DNA of 64,000 bases from positions 1 through 64,000 of IMG/VR virus record IMGVR_UViG_3300037247_001169; one strand, given 5' to 3'. The notes under the pieces were generated by a model. The model did not search any database, was not told where the DNA came from, and worked only from the letters and a program-made list of their open reading frames with translations. Both the position numbers and the translations under genes were made by a program. Each line of letters begins with the position of its first letter. Position 1 is the first letter of the stretch. Below are positions 1-8,594 of the stretch, piece after piece. The stretch comes from a virus.

Positions 1-346
1 ACTCCGCTTGATAAGCCTCGCACGCTGCCCGCGCATACTCCCAACCCGCGGGGTCAACAAACGCACAGTGGCCGCCGCGCAACTGCTCGCCATTCGGCAA
101 CGTGACGGGCGCGACAATCCCCGTGCGAACCTGGTAGCTGCCCGCGAGCTCTTTGAGCACGGCGCGAATGCTGTCCGTGGCCATCTGGAAATCTTTCGCC
201 AGGCTCACGATCGACACGCCACGCTGCCACGTGGTCCGCCCGTTGTGATTGCCGTGGCCACCACCGCACGGCAGCGTGCAGAGGATTTCCATGTATAGGC
301 TGCGAGTCTCCAGGGCGATTCCGGTGGCTACGTCATCCATGGGCAT
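1..346 (-). CDS. Hypothetical phage protein (3' truncated by window), homolog of 49990-50349
   Basis: Near-identical DNA to 50,004-50,349; ATG at 346. Confidence 0.7.
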   Translation of the reverse strand, partial: MPMDDVATGIALETRSLYMEILCTLPCGGGHGNHNGRTTWQRGVSIVSLAKDFQMATDSIRAVLKELAGSYQVRTGIVAPVTLPNGEQLRGGHCAFVDPAGWEYARAACEAYQAE

Positions 347-908
347 TGGCGTTCTCCTTTAAGCCGGGGCGGCCAGCCTTGTCGAACTCCCGCATCGCAG
401 CCTCGAATTCGTGCTGCTCGTTTAAGAACGCGCCGCCGCGGTGTATCGCGCGATTGTCCGACGTTAATGTTTGCCACCAGACCCGAGCCGCCTGCTGGTT
501 CCGACGTGTTCGGTCCTCCCGCTCCGCCTGTTCCTTCCGGCTTGGCCCGCCGGGCTGGACGGTCTCTGCGGGTGCGTCTTTGCAACGGTCCCAATTCTTA
601 ACCAGGCCCGCAGCCGTCACCTTCACCTGGTGCGGCTGTTTGCCTTCAATGTCGGCTCTCATTTTCCGGTACACCTGCGCACGTCGCACAACCTCTGCGT
701 AACCGACCGTATCATTCGGGACCCCCTTTATTTGTCGCAGATCCTTCGCCCCCGCCCGCACGTCGCCGCCATCGAAGCGCGTCAGTCTCTTGATGTCGAC
801 CTCAGACACGAAGCACAGCGCTTCGAGCACGTATTCGCGTGCGTGCGCCCGTTTTTTCTTCACCGGCGCCCATCCGTTTCCTAGCTCGGGGTCAGGCATC
901 GTCAACAA
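333..908 (-). CDS. Hypothetical protein, possibly replication-associated
   Basis: 191-aa ORF in the slot where genome B has its replication genes. Confidence 0.55.
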   Translation of the reverse strand: MLTMPDPELGNGWAPVKKKRAHAREYVLEALCFVSEVDIKRLTRFDGGDVRAGAKDLRQIKGVPNDTVGYAEVVRRAQVYRKMRADIEGKQPHQVKVTAAGLVKNWDRCKDAPAETVQPGGPSRKEQAEREDRTRRNQQAARVWWQTLTSDNRAIHRGGAFLNEQHEFEAAMREFDKAGRPGLKENANAHG

Positions 909-1092
909 TCTCCGCAGTCGCCCTTTCGAGCATCGCCCAACACCTCCGACAGTAAACTAATAGCAGCGAATAACGACCCGCACACTTCGGACAAACCGGC
1001 ATGTGGCAATTGAAGCAGCCGTTCGAGGCTGCTTTGCCGCAACTGCACCGTCGATACACAATGTCCGCCATCACCGTCTCCGTTCGTGGCAC
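892..1092 (-). CDS. Small Cys-rich zinc-finger protein
   Basis: CSCG..CFNC..CPKC..CRRC pattern. Confidence 0.55.
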   Translation of the reverse strand: MPRTETVMADIVYRRCSCGKAASNGCFNCHMPVCPKCAGRYSLLLVYCRRCWAMLERATAEIVDDA

Positions 1093-1372
1093 TCATCTCC
1101 CCATGTTCGGGAAGGGTTAGATCCTGAGTCCATACGATCCCCGTCGAAACGGGGCGCGTGGTAAGGATTTCGGTTTAGGGCCGAGTCCGTCGCCACACGC
1201 TCACAGGCAATTCACAGCGCTCCTGTGAGTTTCACCCCAGCGCCCGAGAGCCACTAAGTCGACGCCCACCCACCGTGCCGGCATAGGCCCTCGTATCTAA
1301 CCGCTGTCGGTTCCAAGCTCCGACTCGCTGCCCACGTTCCGCAGCCCCATGAGCGGGGTAAGCTAGATTGTC

Positions 1373-1435
1373 GAAAGAGAACCCGCCTTTGAATTCCAGA
1401 ACTGATGCTACTCGGCACGGGAATTCGCCGGCGGG
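1373..1435 (-). terminator. Terminator/attenuator hairpin with large loop
   Basis: CCCGCC/GGCGGG and GAATTCC/GGAATTC stems followed by TTCTCTTTC. Confidence 0.55.
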
Positions 1436-1477
1436 GCGTATCAAGTCAAATGTCATTGTGTCGAGTAGCATCCTTGC

Positions 1478-1506
1478 ATTCTCACGAAGTCGCCCAGGCG
1501 TGTCAA
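1478..1506 (-). promoter_or_regulatory. Sigma70-like promoter TTGACA-N17-GAGAAT, ATG 6 nt downstream (leaderless)
   Basis: Read directly on the minus strand. Confidence 0.6.
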
Positions 1507-1551
1507 GCCTTATTCTGTGTCGCAAATACGGACGCCGCCGGGCGGGCGCCG

Positions 1552-1929
1552 TTATTTACATTCTCGCAACGCCTTACACGTTCGTTCAAAAAGCATTTCC
1601 AGGACCGCACGACCAGACGCGTCGGGCGGAGGCGGAGTATCGTACAAGTCCAGGACCGCTCCGACGACGCCTAGGGCAGCGGGATACCCGCTTCGCGCCG
1701 CCGCACAAAATCGGTAGTTGGGTAGACGCCGCCTGGAAGAGTAAAGGTCCCATAAAATCGCCTCCTGCTTCCCTGCATCCTTCCGCAGCTCGCCGTCCTT
1801 GCGGACGCCGATCATCGTCGCCACTGTCCGCACGCCACTCTGCCCCCATACCTCCCACGGTCCGGGTGTTGCGGACTCGCAGAGTTGAATCTGCAAGCAC
1901 AACCAACGTCTCAAGTCTGCTGTGTCCAA
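1552..1929 (-). CDS. Hypothetical phage protein (ATPGPW-motif family)
   Basis: ATPGPW and FCAAAR motifs common in small phage proteins. Confidence 0.6.
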   Translation of the reverse strand: MDTADLRRWLCLQIQLCESATPGPWEVWGQSGVRTVATMIGVRKDGELRKDAGKQEAILWDLYSSRRRLPNYRFCAAARSGYPAALGVVGAVLDLYDTPPPPDASGRAVLEMLFERTCKALRECK

Positions 1930-1930
1930 C

Positions 1931-2236
1931 TCACATTACCTCGTCACCGGGCCACCGAATCCGAATCCGGCAGCCACACGTCAGCACGATATCCGGGCCG
2001 GCCGTAGGCTTTGGCCGCGACATTGCACCGCAATTCGGGCACTTTGAGGATGGGGTCACCAGCTCCACGTTGTCCGCACACGCCTGGGCGGCCGTCATGC
2101 CGCGGCGGTAGCACGTCGGGTGGTCGCACTTGCGGCACGCTCGGCCGATGCTCCAGGTTGCCTCGTAGCACCCCCCGCCTTTCGTCGGGACGCTCAGAAA
2201 CGGGCCGCACAGTATGGCGTTCAGTTCGCCGGTCAT
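1931..2236 (-). CDS. Cys-rich hypothetical protein
   Basis: Conserved in genome B (54654-54962). Confidence 0.7.
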   Translation of the reverse strand: MTGELNAILCGPFLSVPTKGGGCYEATWSIGRACRKCDHPTCYRRGMTAAQACADNVELVTPSSKCPNCGAMSRPKPTAGPDIVLTCGCRIRIRWPGDEVM

Positions 2237-2562
2237 CCGTTCACCTCGTCGTCCTCGTCGTCCACGTACTCTTCTGCCATCACTTCAGCGCCGTCCGCCA
2301 GGCGTTTCGCGTTGTCCTGTTCCCGCCGCTTCACGGCCTCGTTAGTGTCTGGCTGGTCATCGCCCCGCCGCTTCATGGCCTCGTCGGTGAAGGCCTGGGC
2401 TTCGTTGAATACGCTCTCGGGGGTGCCTACGTCGCCGTAACCCGACCGGCCTTGCAGAATCGCCACCGCAAACCGCTCGCGGAGTTTCGCGTGCTCGCTC
2501 AGTCCGTCGTTGCTCATGCTCGCTCTCCCGTCGTTACCGCCTCTGCTGGGGGCTTCACCCAT
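2233..2562 (-). CDS. Hypothetical protein
   Basis: C-terminus shared with 55089-55310; ATGA coupling. Confidence 0.6.
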   Translation of the reverse strand: MGEAPSRGGNDGRASMSNDGLSEHAKLRERFAVAILQGRSGYGDVGTPESVFNEAQAFTDEAMKRRGDDQPDTNEAVKRREQDNAKRLADGAEVMAEEYVDDEDDEVNG

Positions 2563-3047
2563 GACTTAAGGCCCCATTCGTCAAGCCCCTTATATTCCCA
2601 CCCCGCACAACGGGGACAAAACCACAGCTCTTCTCCGTCGTCTCGTGGCCATGGCTTAGTTCCTTCGGGCTGTTTGCAATCCGGGCACAGTGCGCGTGTG
2701 CCATCGATAACCCGTAGCCGATTCGGAAACAGCCGAATTGGATTTCGCGTAGGCGGATCATGCTCAGCGTCATCGTCATCGTCTACCCATACGAGTACGC
2801 CCCCCCTGAAAGGACGCATGACCGTCCCACGCATGGTCTCTTCGACATCCGTTTCCCAGCCGGTTTCTCCCATCGGAACGCGCAGCTCAAACTCTACCCG
2901 CTGACCAGCAGGAAACTCAGCCAAGTATCTCGCGCATCGAAAATGCAAACTCGTGACACCCAACCCGCGCAAAGCCACCAGCTTCGCGGCTTTGATCTCA
3001 CAGCCGTTGTTCGTGTGCGGACAATTCTTACAGGGCTTCACGAACAT
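2514..3047 (-). CDS. Hypothetical zinc-ribbon protein
   Basis: CKNC, CPDC and CPRC pairs; RBS upstream. Confidence 0.6.
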   Translation of the reverse strand: MFVKPCKNCPHTNNGCEIKAAKLVALRGLGVTSLHFRCARYLAEFPAGQRVEFELRVPMGETGWETDVEETMRGTVMRPFRGGVLVWVDDDDDAEHDPPTRNPIRLFPNRLRVIDGTRALCPDCKQPEGTKPWPRDDGEELWFCPRCAGWEYKGLDEWGLKSWVKPPAEAVTTGERA

Positions 3048-3050
3048 TCG

Positions 3051-3792
3051 TCACTCTCCCTTACTCCAACCCGCCGCGCCGGCGTCCACATCGCACACAT
3101 ACCGCCCGTCGAAGTCCACCTCGTAGGGCTTGGTCCATTCGGGCTCAGGGGGAACAACGATGTCGTCATTATCAGAGGCGCTGTCCGCGACGCGAGCCGC
3201 CCATTCTCCGGCTTCTAGCTGTTGCTCGTCGGTCCACCGCACGATGACTGCGAGCGGAATTGTCGCGCGCCGCTAAGAGCAACCCATTGCGTACAATCTC
3301 TGGCGTAAGCTCCGGCCGGGACTGCGCCGCCTCGCCGGGCTCGGCCCCTAGCTTTTCTTCGTAATCATCTTCGTCTTCATCTGACGGGCGCGCCCGTCTT
3401 TGGGCTTCGAGCGTCTGGACTATCTCTTCCTTCGTCATGGGCTCCGTCCGCTCGGGTGCGTTCGCACCTGTCTCGCTGTCTGCCGTTGCGGACGTATCGC
3501 CCTGGTTTAGATCCTCAATCAGCCCTTCCATCGTATCGAATGACTGCTGCTCGGGTGCGGGTGCGTCGGCGAGGAGGGCTTCGGCACGAGCAACGGCCTC
3601 CTCGGGTTGGCACTTCGCCTTGTGATACCAGCCGTCGACGAACAGCCGCAGCACCGCCAGCGGCTCGGCAAGGGCGTCGGCTTGGATGTCGGCTATGCAG
3701 CCGCATTCCGTGTCTTCCACGTTCTTTTCGGTTCCGCGAGTCCCAAGCGACCGCGCCGTGAATTCATCGTACCATACTTCCGCCGTCTTCAT
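3051..3792 (-). pseudogene. Frameshifted homolog of 55307-56137
   Basis: An extra base near 3,265 splits LLLAAR from TIPLAVIVRWTDEQQ; the ORF is continuous in genome B. Confidence 0.6.
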
Positions 3793-3977
3793 CGCTCGGT
3801 CTCCCACTTCCGCCGCCAGCGTGCCGGTGCAAGGCGACGGCATTTCTCGCAGTTGACGTTTTTCCACCACCAACTAGTAGATGCCCGTTTCTTCGCGGTT
3901 CCAACACATAGGACAAACACCCCTGCCGTTGAGAGCGCTGTCGTATCCTGGAATATCCGCTTATGCGTCTCCGCCAT
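3789..3977 (-). CDS. Small zinc-finger protein
   Basis: MAETHKRIF..VNCEKC; near-identical copy at about 56,134-56,322. Confidence 0.65.
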   Translation of the reverse strand: MAETHKRIFQDTTALSTAGVFVLCVGTAKKRASTSWWWKNVNCEKCRRLAPARWRRKWETER

Positions 3978-4590
3978 CGGCAGCCTCCGCCTCGATCTCG
4001 TCGAGCTGTTTGTCCAGCGCAATCCGCAACTTGTGGGCGTTCCAGAACTTGTGGGCGTTCCAGGCCCCGTGGCCGCCGAAGTAGACGCCCAGGAAACACC
4101 GGATGCTTCGATGGTCCTGCACGCCAGCCCAGACCATCCATTCAAGGAACATCACGTCGCACTGTGTTTTGGTAAACGTCCGCCACTCATATACCCAGGC
4201 TCCGTTCCGCATTTGTCGAACTTGGACGCGGCCGCAATTGTAGTACAGCCAGTTGTGCCAGATGGCTGCCAGCCGGACACGGCCACCGGGGCGAACGCCA
4301 AGCAAGGACCACAGCCAACGGGGGATGGACACGCCATCGCACCGCCACGGCTTCTTGCCCCCGTAACACCGTTCTGCGGGAATGAATAAGCGCCAAGCCC
4401 ATTGCAGTGGGAAGTCGATAGCCGACATCAGAACATACAGGTTACCGTCTGCCCTGGCATCCGGGTGGTCCAACGGCGTGATGGGTCGGTCCGGAAACTT
4501 GAGAACCGACGGGCCGAACCGTGCGCGCGTCGTGCGCCGCAACGTCGTACCGATAAGACGGTCTGCCCAATGGTCGATTCTACCTACCAT
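3961..4590 (-). CDS. DUF1353-like protein
   Basis: CDGVSIPRWLW..AAIWHNWLY motif. Confidence 0.75.
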   Translation of the reverse strand: MVGRIDHWADRLIGTTLRRTTRARFGPSVLKFPDRPITPLDHPDARADGNLYVLMSAIDFPLQWAWRLFIPAERCYGGKKPWRCDGVSIPRWLWSLLGVRPGGRVRLAAIWHNWLYYNCGRVQVRQMRNGAWVYEWRTFTKTQCDVMFLEWMVWAGVQDHRSIRCFLGVYFGGHGAWNAHKFWNAHKLRIALDKQLDEIEAEAADGGDA

Positions 4591-4753
4591 CGTCCTCGGC
4601 CTTCTCGTGTTCGGGTTCGTCCGGCGTCAACACGTCTACCACCGCCACGACCGCTTTCACCGCGACGTAGGCGATTTTCACGGCGGTCCGCGGGGCCATG
4701 CAGCCACACAGCGGCAACGCGAGGGCGAGTAGTAGGGGGAGGGTGCGTTTCAT
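4580..4753 (-). CDS. Small lipoprotein (57 aa, not in ORF track)
   Basis: MKRTLPLLLALALPLCGC lipobox; homolog at 57164-57340. Confidence 0.7.
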   Translation of the reverse strand: MKRTLPLLLALALPLCGCMAPRTAVKIAYVAVKAVVAVVDVLTPDEPEHEKAEDDGR

Positions 4754-4756
4754 GGT

Positions 4757-4975
4757 CTATCTTCCTAACATCTTACGGGCCTCTTCGCGGCGGTCGTGTT
4801 GCAGATACTCGCCATCCTTCAGCCCGAGGCGGGTACGAGCATCGGCGATACGTTGTGGCGTGGTCGGCAGTCCGCCAATGTACTTCACCTTGCAAATCGA
4901 ACACACGGCCTCCTGCGTGACGTAAGCAAAGAGGTCGTCCTTCTGCGGAGCATTACAAATTTGGCAATCCATCAC
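4757..4975 (-). CDS. Zinc-finger hypothetical protein
   Basis: CQIC..CSIC; AGGAG RBS. Confidence 0.6.
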   Translation of the reverse strand: MMDCQICNAPQKDDLFAYVTQEAVCSICKVKYIGGLPTTPQRIADARTRLGLKDGEYLQHDRREEARKMLGR

Positions 4976-4990
4976 ACTCTCCTTGCCCGC

Positions 4991-5320
4991 CTACGCGGGC
5001 GGATGGTGCTTTCGCATCGCTGCCTTTACGGCATCCTTGCTGCCCAATCGTTTTTCCAGCATCGCCATGCGTTGCTGATGGGCATGGCTGTGCCTCGGAC
5101 CCCCGTCCCAGCCCCTCCTGCTTCCTGGGGGAACGTGATGCGGTGGACCAAGGCGCCATCTCGCCGTAGCGACCACGCCAAGCAGGAAGGCTGCGGCTAC
5201 CGCTATCAATCCATATTCGTTCATAGTCACATTCTCCTTGCGCGCCGACGCGGGCGGGGTGCAAATCGCACCATTACCCAGCCGCGCGGCTTGCCGACGA
5301 TCATGGCCGCGGTCACCCAC
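4991..5320 (-). CDS. Small membrane protein
   Basis: Hydrophobic GLIAVAAAFLLGVVA; likely start MNEYG. Confidence 0.5.
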   Translation of the reverse strand: MGDRGHDRRQAARLGNGAICTPPASARKENVTMNEYGLIAVAAAFLLGVVATARWRLGPPHHVPPGSRRGWDGGPRHSHAHQQRMAMLEKRLGSKDAVKAAMRKHHPPA

Positions 5321-5505
5321 TGCCCGCCGTTGGGCGCCAGCACTGTCGTAGAGGGCGCCACACTGCTGGAACTCGTATCACACATCGCAAGCATCCGTTT
5401 GCCCGCCATTCGGCGGGCGGGGTCATATTCGCTTCCTGATAGGACAATCTTCCACAGCATGATCCATGCTATGACACTGAGTGCATCTACTGGCTAGCAT
5501 CGGCA

Positions 5506-6300
5506 TCACCCCCTTACCCTCGGTATGAGACCAGCGTCAATCAGGGCCGCGGGAATCGACTGCGAGGCTTCGACCCACCGGCCCTGCCCTGTGTGGAGCA
5601 ACGCACAGCCCGTGTCGCGGAACGTGGCGAGGCGGATCGCCTCGGGCGCCTGCGCGTCTTGCCACCACCTGCTTTGAAACTGTAGCATGTGCGCGGGCGT
5701 TTCATTGGCGAACTCGCGCAGCATCCCCGCCACTCTCACGTTGGCGGGGTACGAAAGGGCGCGAGGCCCCGAGAGTGAGGCGGCGTTGATAAACACGATG
5801 TTGGCAAAGCTCTCCTGTGCGGCGCGGCAGATCAACTCGGCCTTGAGCTGCTCAACCTCGTTTCGGGAAGGCACAGACGGACCCCAGTAGTAAGTTACGT
5901 CTTGCGGGAAGGCCGCATTCACGATGGCCTCCACCAGCTTGTCCGCGTCGAACGCTTGCTCGCCCGTCCACACCGGGTGCATCGCGCTCTCGGCATCGAT
6001 GACAAAGACATCGTCTTCGGCATCCTCCAGGCACGCGACAACCTCACCCCTCACCCTGCGCCACCCCTCCGGCGAGGCGTGGTTGTCTTTCAGCAGTGCG
6101 TGTACCTTGAGCCCCCGAATGATGCCCATGCGCGGAACCTGTGCCTGGATAATGCTGTATACGTCCGCGTTGCCCGGCACGGTCGTTACGACACACGTGC
6201 CTGTCATCCCCAGGAAGTTCTTCAGCCCCTCGATCGTGGGTTCTTCGTGGGCCTCGCGGTTACACTGCACGTAGGGCACGATGCCAGCAATGCTAGTCAT
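5506..6300 (-). CDS. Hypothetical protein (possible TIM-barrel/hydrolase fold)
   Basis: 264 aa; clear homolog at 57761-58588; fold is a guess. Confidence 0.7.
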   Translation of the reverse strand: MTSIAGIVPYVQCNREAHEEPTIEGLKNFLGMTGTCVVTTVPGNADVYSIIQAQVPRMGIIRGLKVHALLKDNHASPEGWRRVRGEVVACLEDAEDDVFVIDAESAMHPVWTGEQAFDADKLVEAIVNAAFPQDVTYYWGPSVPSRNEVEQLKAELICRAAQESFANIVFINAASLSGPRALSYPANVRVAGMLREFANETPAHMLQFQSRWWQDAQAPEAIRLATFRDTGCALLHTGQGRWVEASQSIPAALIDAGLIPRVRG

Positions 6301-6332
6301 TTAAGTTCCTTTCAATCCACACGCTGCGAGTC

Positions 6333-6467
6333 TCATTGTCGTTCTCCGTGAATGCTCAGCGATAGCATTACCAGAAACAGGATTACGGCGAGCGAGAACG
6401 GGGGCACCACCCGGATGGCCCAGGTGATGACCCAGTCCTCAAACGCCGTTACGGGGTAGATAATCAC
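6333..6467 (-). CDS. 44-aa membrane microprotein
   Basis: GTG start overlapping the upstream stop; conserved at 59216-59341. Confidence 0.55.
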   Translation of the reverse strand: MIIYPVTAFEDWVITWAIRVVPPFSLAVILFLVMLSLSIHGERQ

Positions 6468-6538
6468 CCCTCGTCTCCGATGCTGATCAGGCCGAAGCGG
6501 CCCTCAATCCAACTGTACAAAAACTCGATCCACGACAT
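6464..6538 (-). CDS. 24-aa microprotein
   Basis: MSWIEFLYSWIEGRFGLISIGDEG with AGGAG RBS; conserved at 59338-59412. Confidence 0.55.
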   Translation of the reverse strand: MSWIEFLYSWIEGRFGLISIGDEG

Positions 6539-6587
6539 TTGCAATCTCCTTCAAGTTGTGCCCGCAACACACGGGCGTTGACATCAA

Positions 6588-6671
6588 GGGCGGGAGGCCG
6601 GTCCTGCCCCGGCCTTGCGAATATTTCGCCGCAATGGCGACTAGCGATCGTTCGCTACGCCGCTCCCGCCC
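6588..6671 (-). ncRNA. Cloverleaf-like structured RNA candidate
   Basis: 9-bp GGGCGGGAG/CTCCCGCCC closing stem with three internal hairpins. Confidence 0.35.
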
Positions 6672-6676
6672 AATAA

Positions 6677-6860
6677 GCGGCCCTCGGCTGTCGCTCTCGC
6701 GACGCGATACATTGGGCCGCGTATCGCCAATCAAGGGCGGGAGGCCGGAGTCTAACCGTCCCGAGAAAAACTACGCTCGCCTGAACGTCGCTCCCGCCCG
6801 CAGTCTGTTGCAAACCCTTGCCGTGTAATCGATCTTGGTCTGCGTGCAAGCCGCAATGCC
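6677..6860 (-). ncRNA. Conserved structured RNA block (mini tRNA-like T-arm plus pseudoknot)
   Basis: Non-coding, near-identical at 59,781-59,960; mutually nested stems. Confidence 0.5.
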
Positions 6861-6864
6861 CGCA

Positions 6865-7062
6865 TCATCCACCAAACACTTTCAAGTAGACATCATTCAG
6901 CCAGGTCATCTGAGACGTCGTCGGCTGCCAGCCAAAACGACTCGTGTCCGACTGCCGGTGCAGGGACGCGATGAAGTATTTGTCCCTGTCCGTCATCGTG
7001 TCGCCCTCGTCGAGCATCAGCTCATCGATCATCCCTTTCCACGTTTTGTCGAACTTTCCCAT
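6865..7062 (-). CDS. Hypothetical protein
   Basis: MGKFDKTW..LKVFGG; homolog 59964-60167. Confidence 0.7.
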   Translation of the reverse strand: MGKFDKTWKGMIDELMLDEGDTMTDRDKYFIASLHRQSDTSRFGWQPTTSQMTWLNDVYLKVFGG

Positions 7063-7187
7063 ACTGTTTCAATCAAGGGCAGACTCGGCAGTTGTAACAG
7101 GACTACCGGTCGTCCCGTTGCCGCCTGCAACGCCACCCGCCCGGCCGCCTGCGAGAGCCACGGGTATAGGCGCGTTCAAAGAATTCT

Positions 7188-7460
7188 CATTCAAGACCCG
7201 CGGCCGGATTCCTCAGTCCGGCTCCGGCGTCTCGGATAGGATGCTGGCAGTCACGCACACCGAGCACGTCTCCCCAATCTCTCAGGCGCTGCCACGCCTC
7301 GCGGGCCCGCTAAGACCGGCCCTCACGGCTCTCGCGAGCCGAGTCTCCCGATACAACCGGCCTCAAGTTCTCTACGACTGCACCCACGCGAGCCGCACCG
7401 TGGCATTGCCGACCCGCGGGGGTTGCGGGTCTAAAACGAGACCCTGCGGCGGTCGCGGAG
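7188..7460 (-). ncRNA. GNRA-tetraloop-rich structured RNA candidate
   Basis: Conserved at 60,271-60,480 with single-base indels; several GNRA-capped hairpins. Confidence 0.5.
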
Positions 7461-7487
7461 GCGACCGTATCCTTGGCGTTGGTCGTT

Positions 7488-8000
7488 TTAGCCACGGTCG
7501 TGTCCTTCGTAGGTCGCGTGACCATAAGTCGCTATCAGCAGCGCATCCGCCATGCCGTCGTGGGGTTTCTTGCACCCGTCGGGTACAAGATTCAGCCTGG
7601 GATAGAGCCGCGACGCGGCCAGGACCGATGAACTCTTGCGTTCCCTGTAGTCGCCGGTCGGATACCCCTTGAGCATCACCTTCTGCCACGCCTGCGCCGA
7701 CACCAACACAAAGGGGACAGAGAATGCCGACAAGATACCTACCCATAGGCCGAATCCCTCCATTAGAGACCTGAGTCGGAGTCGCCCAGCAGTTGGCCCC
7801 ATTGTGGGTACGCTCTCTATGAAGGCGACGGCACCTGAACGGTGACATTCCAGCACGTGCACCATACCCGGCACGTCATACACGCGGCGTGATTGTTTGA
7901 ATGGTAACGTCGGCGTCGGTGTGGCGATAGCAACGCCGGTTCCCAGCTTGGCAACGCCGCCGCTCAATCCAACGTCTATGCCGATGATGATATCAGCCAT
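7488..8000 (-). CDS. RuvC-like Holliday junction resolvase
   Basis: IIGIDVG, FIE, WQK and HDGMADALLIA catalytic motifs. Confidence 0.85.
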   Translation of the reverse strand: MADIIIGIDVGLSGGVAKLGTGVAIATPTPTLPFKQSRRVYDVPGMVHVLECHRSGAVAFIESVPTMGPTAGRLRLRSLMEGFGLWVGILSAFSVPFVLVSAQAWQKVMLKGYPTGDYRERKSSSVLAASRLYPRLNLVPDGCKKPHDGMADALLIATYGHATYEGHDRG

Positions 8001-8253
8001 CCCTCCCCTCCATCGCGGCAAGCCACGCCGCGGCTATGGCGGCTTCGAGCGATTCAGACACGGCACTGCGACCTCCGCCCTTCGGTGGGATGTAATAAAC
8101 AAAGAAGTTCTCAGGCCGCGCATCAATTTCGACCTCCCTGGACATTCGCAGCAGCCCCATCGCCGCGGCCGGGTCGGTGTCGAAGAGGGGCATCGCGGCC
8201 AACGACTTGCCGTTCGGATGAAGCCAGTCCGTACTCCTGCCCCCGATAGGCAA
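7993..8253 (-). CDS. Hypothetical phage protein (ABA sandwich-like)
   Basis: P.F.TD.AAAM..AAIAAAWL pattern. Confidence 0.5.
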   Translation of the reverse strand: MPIGGRSTDWLHPNGKSLAAMPLFDTDPAAAMGLLRMSREVEIDARPENFFVYYIPPKGGGRSAVSESLEAAIAAAWLAAMEGRDG

Positions 8254-8309
8254 AGGCCCCTCAAGTCGCTTCGCGTGCTCCGGACTCCCCGGCGGCTTCC
8301 ACCCGAGCT

Positions 8310-8594
8310 TCAGGGCGATTTGTTCGTTGATGTCGATGACTGTTTCTCCATTGCCTCGCGGGCGATGCCGTCCAATATCTCCAAGACTTCGGGCTGCGCC
8401 TTGACGTCGAGATTACGCATGGCGACGGACAGCATCTCCCACAGCGGTTCCACGTCGGCCTGGCTAGCTTCTATTAACGCGGCTTCGGTAACGCCCGGCA
8501 GGCACTCAAACACGGTCACCCGAAACCTCGCAAGGACAGCCAACCGCTCCTCCGCCTTCTTGAGATACGTCTCGGTGTCAGTGGGTTCAGGCAT
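8310..8594 (-). CDS. Hypothetical protein
   Basis: Homolog 62536-62878. Confidence 0.65.
   Translation of the reverse strand: MPEPTDTETYLKKAEERLAVLARFRVTVFECLPGVTEAALIEASQADVEPLWEMLSVAMRNLDVKAQPEVLEILDGIAREAMEKQSSTSTNKSP

Noticed and set aside
6677-6727. Canonical HDV/theta ribozyme
   Set aside because: No P3/L3 element between P2 and the 3' strand of P1; kept only as an unassigned pseudoknot.
7200-7225. Hammerhead ribozyme (CTGAGGA core-like)
   Set aside because: The motif lies in a simple hairpin loop with no matching GAAA or three-stem junction.
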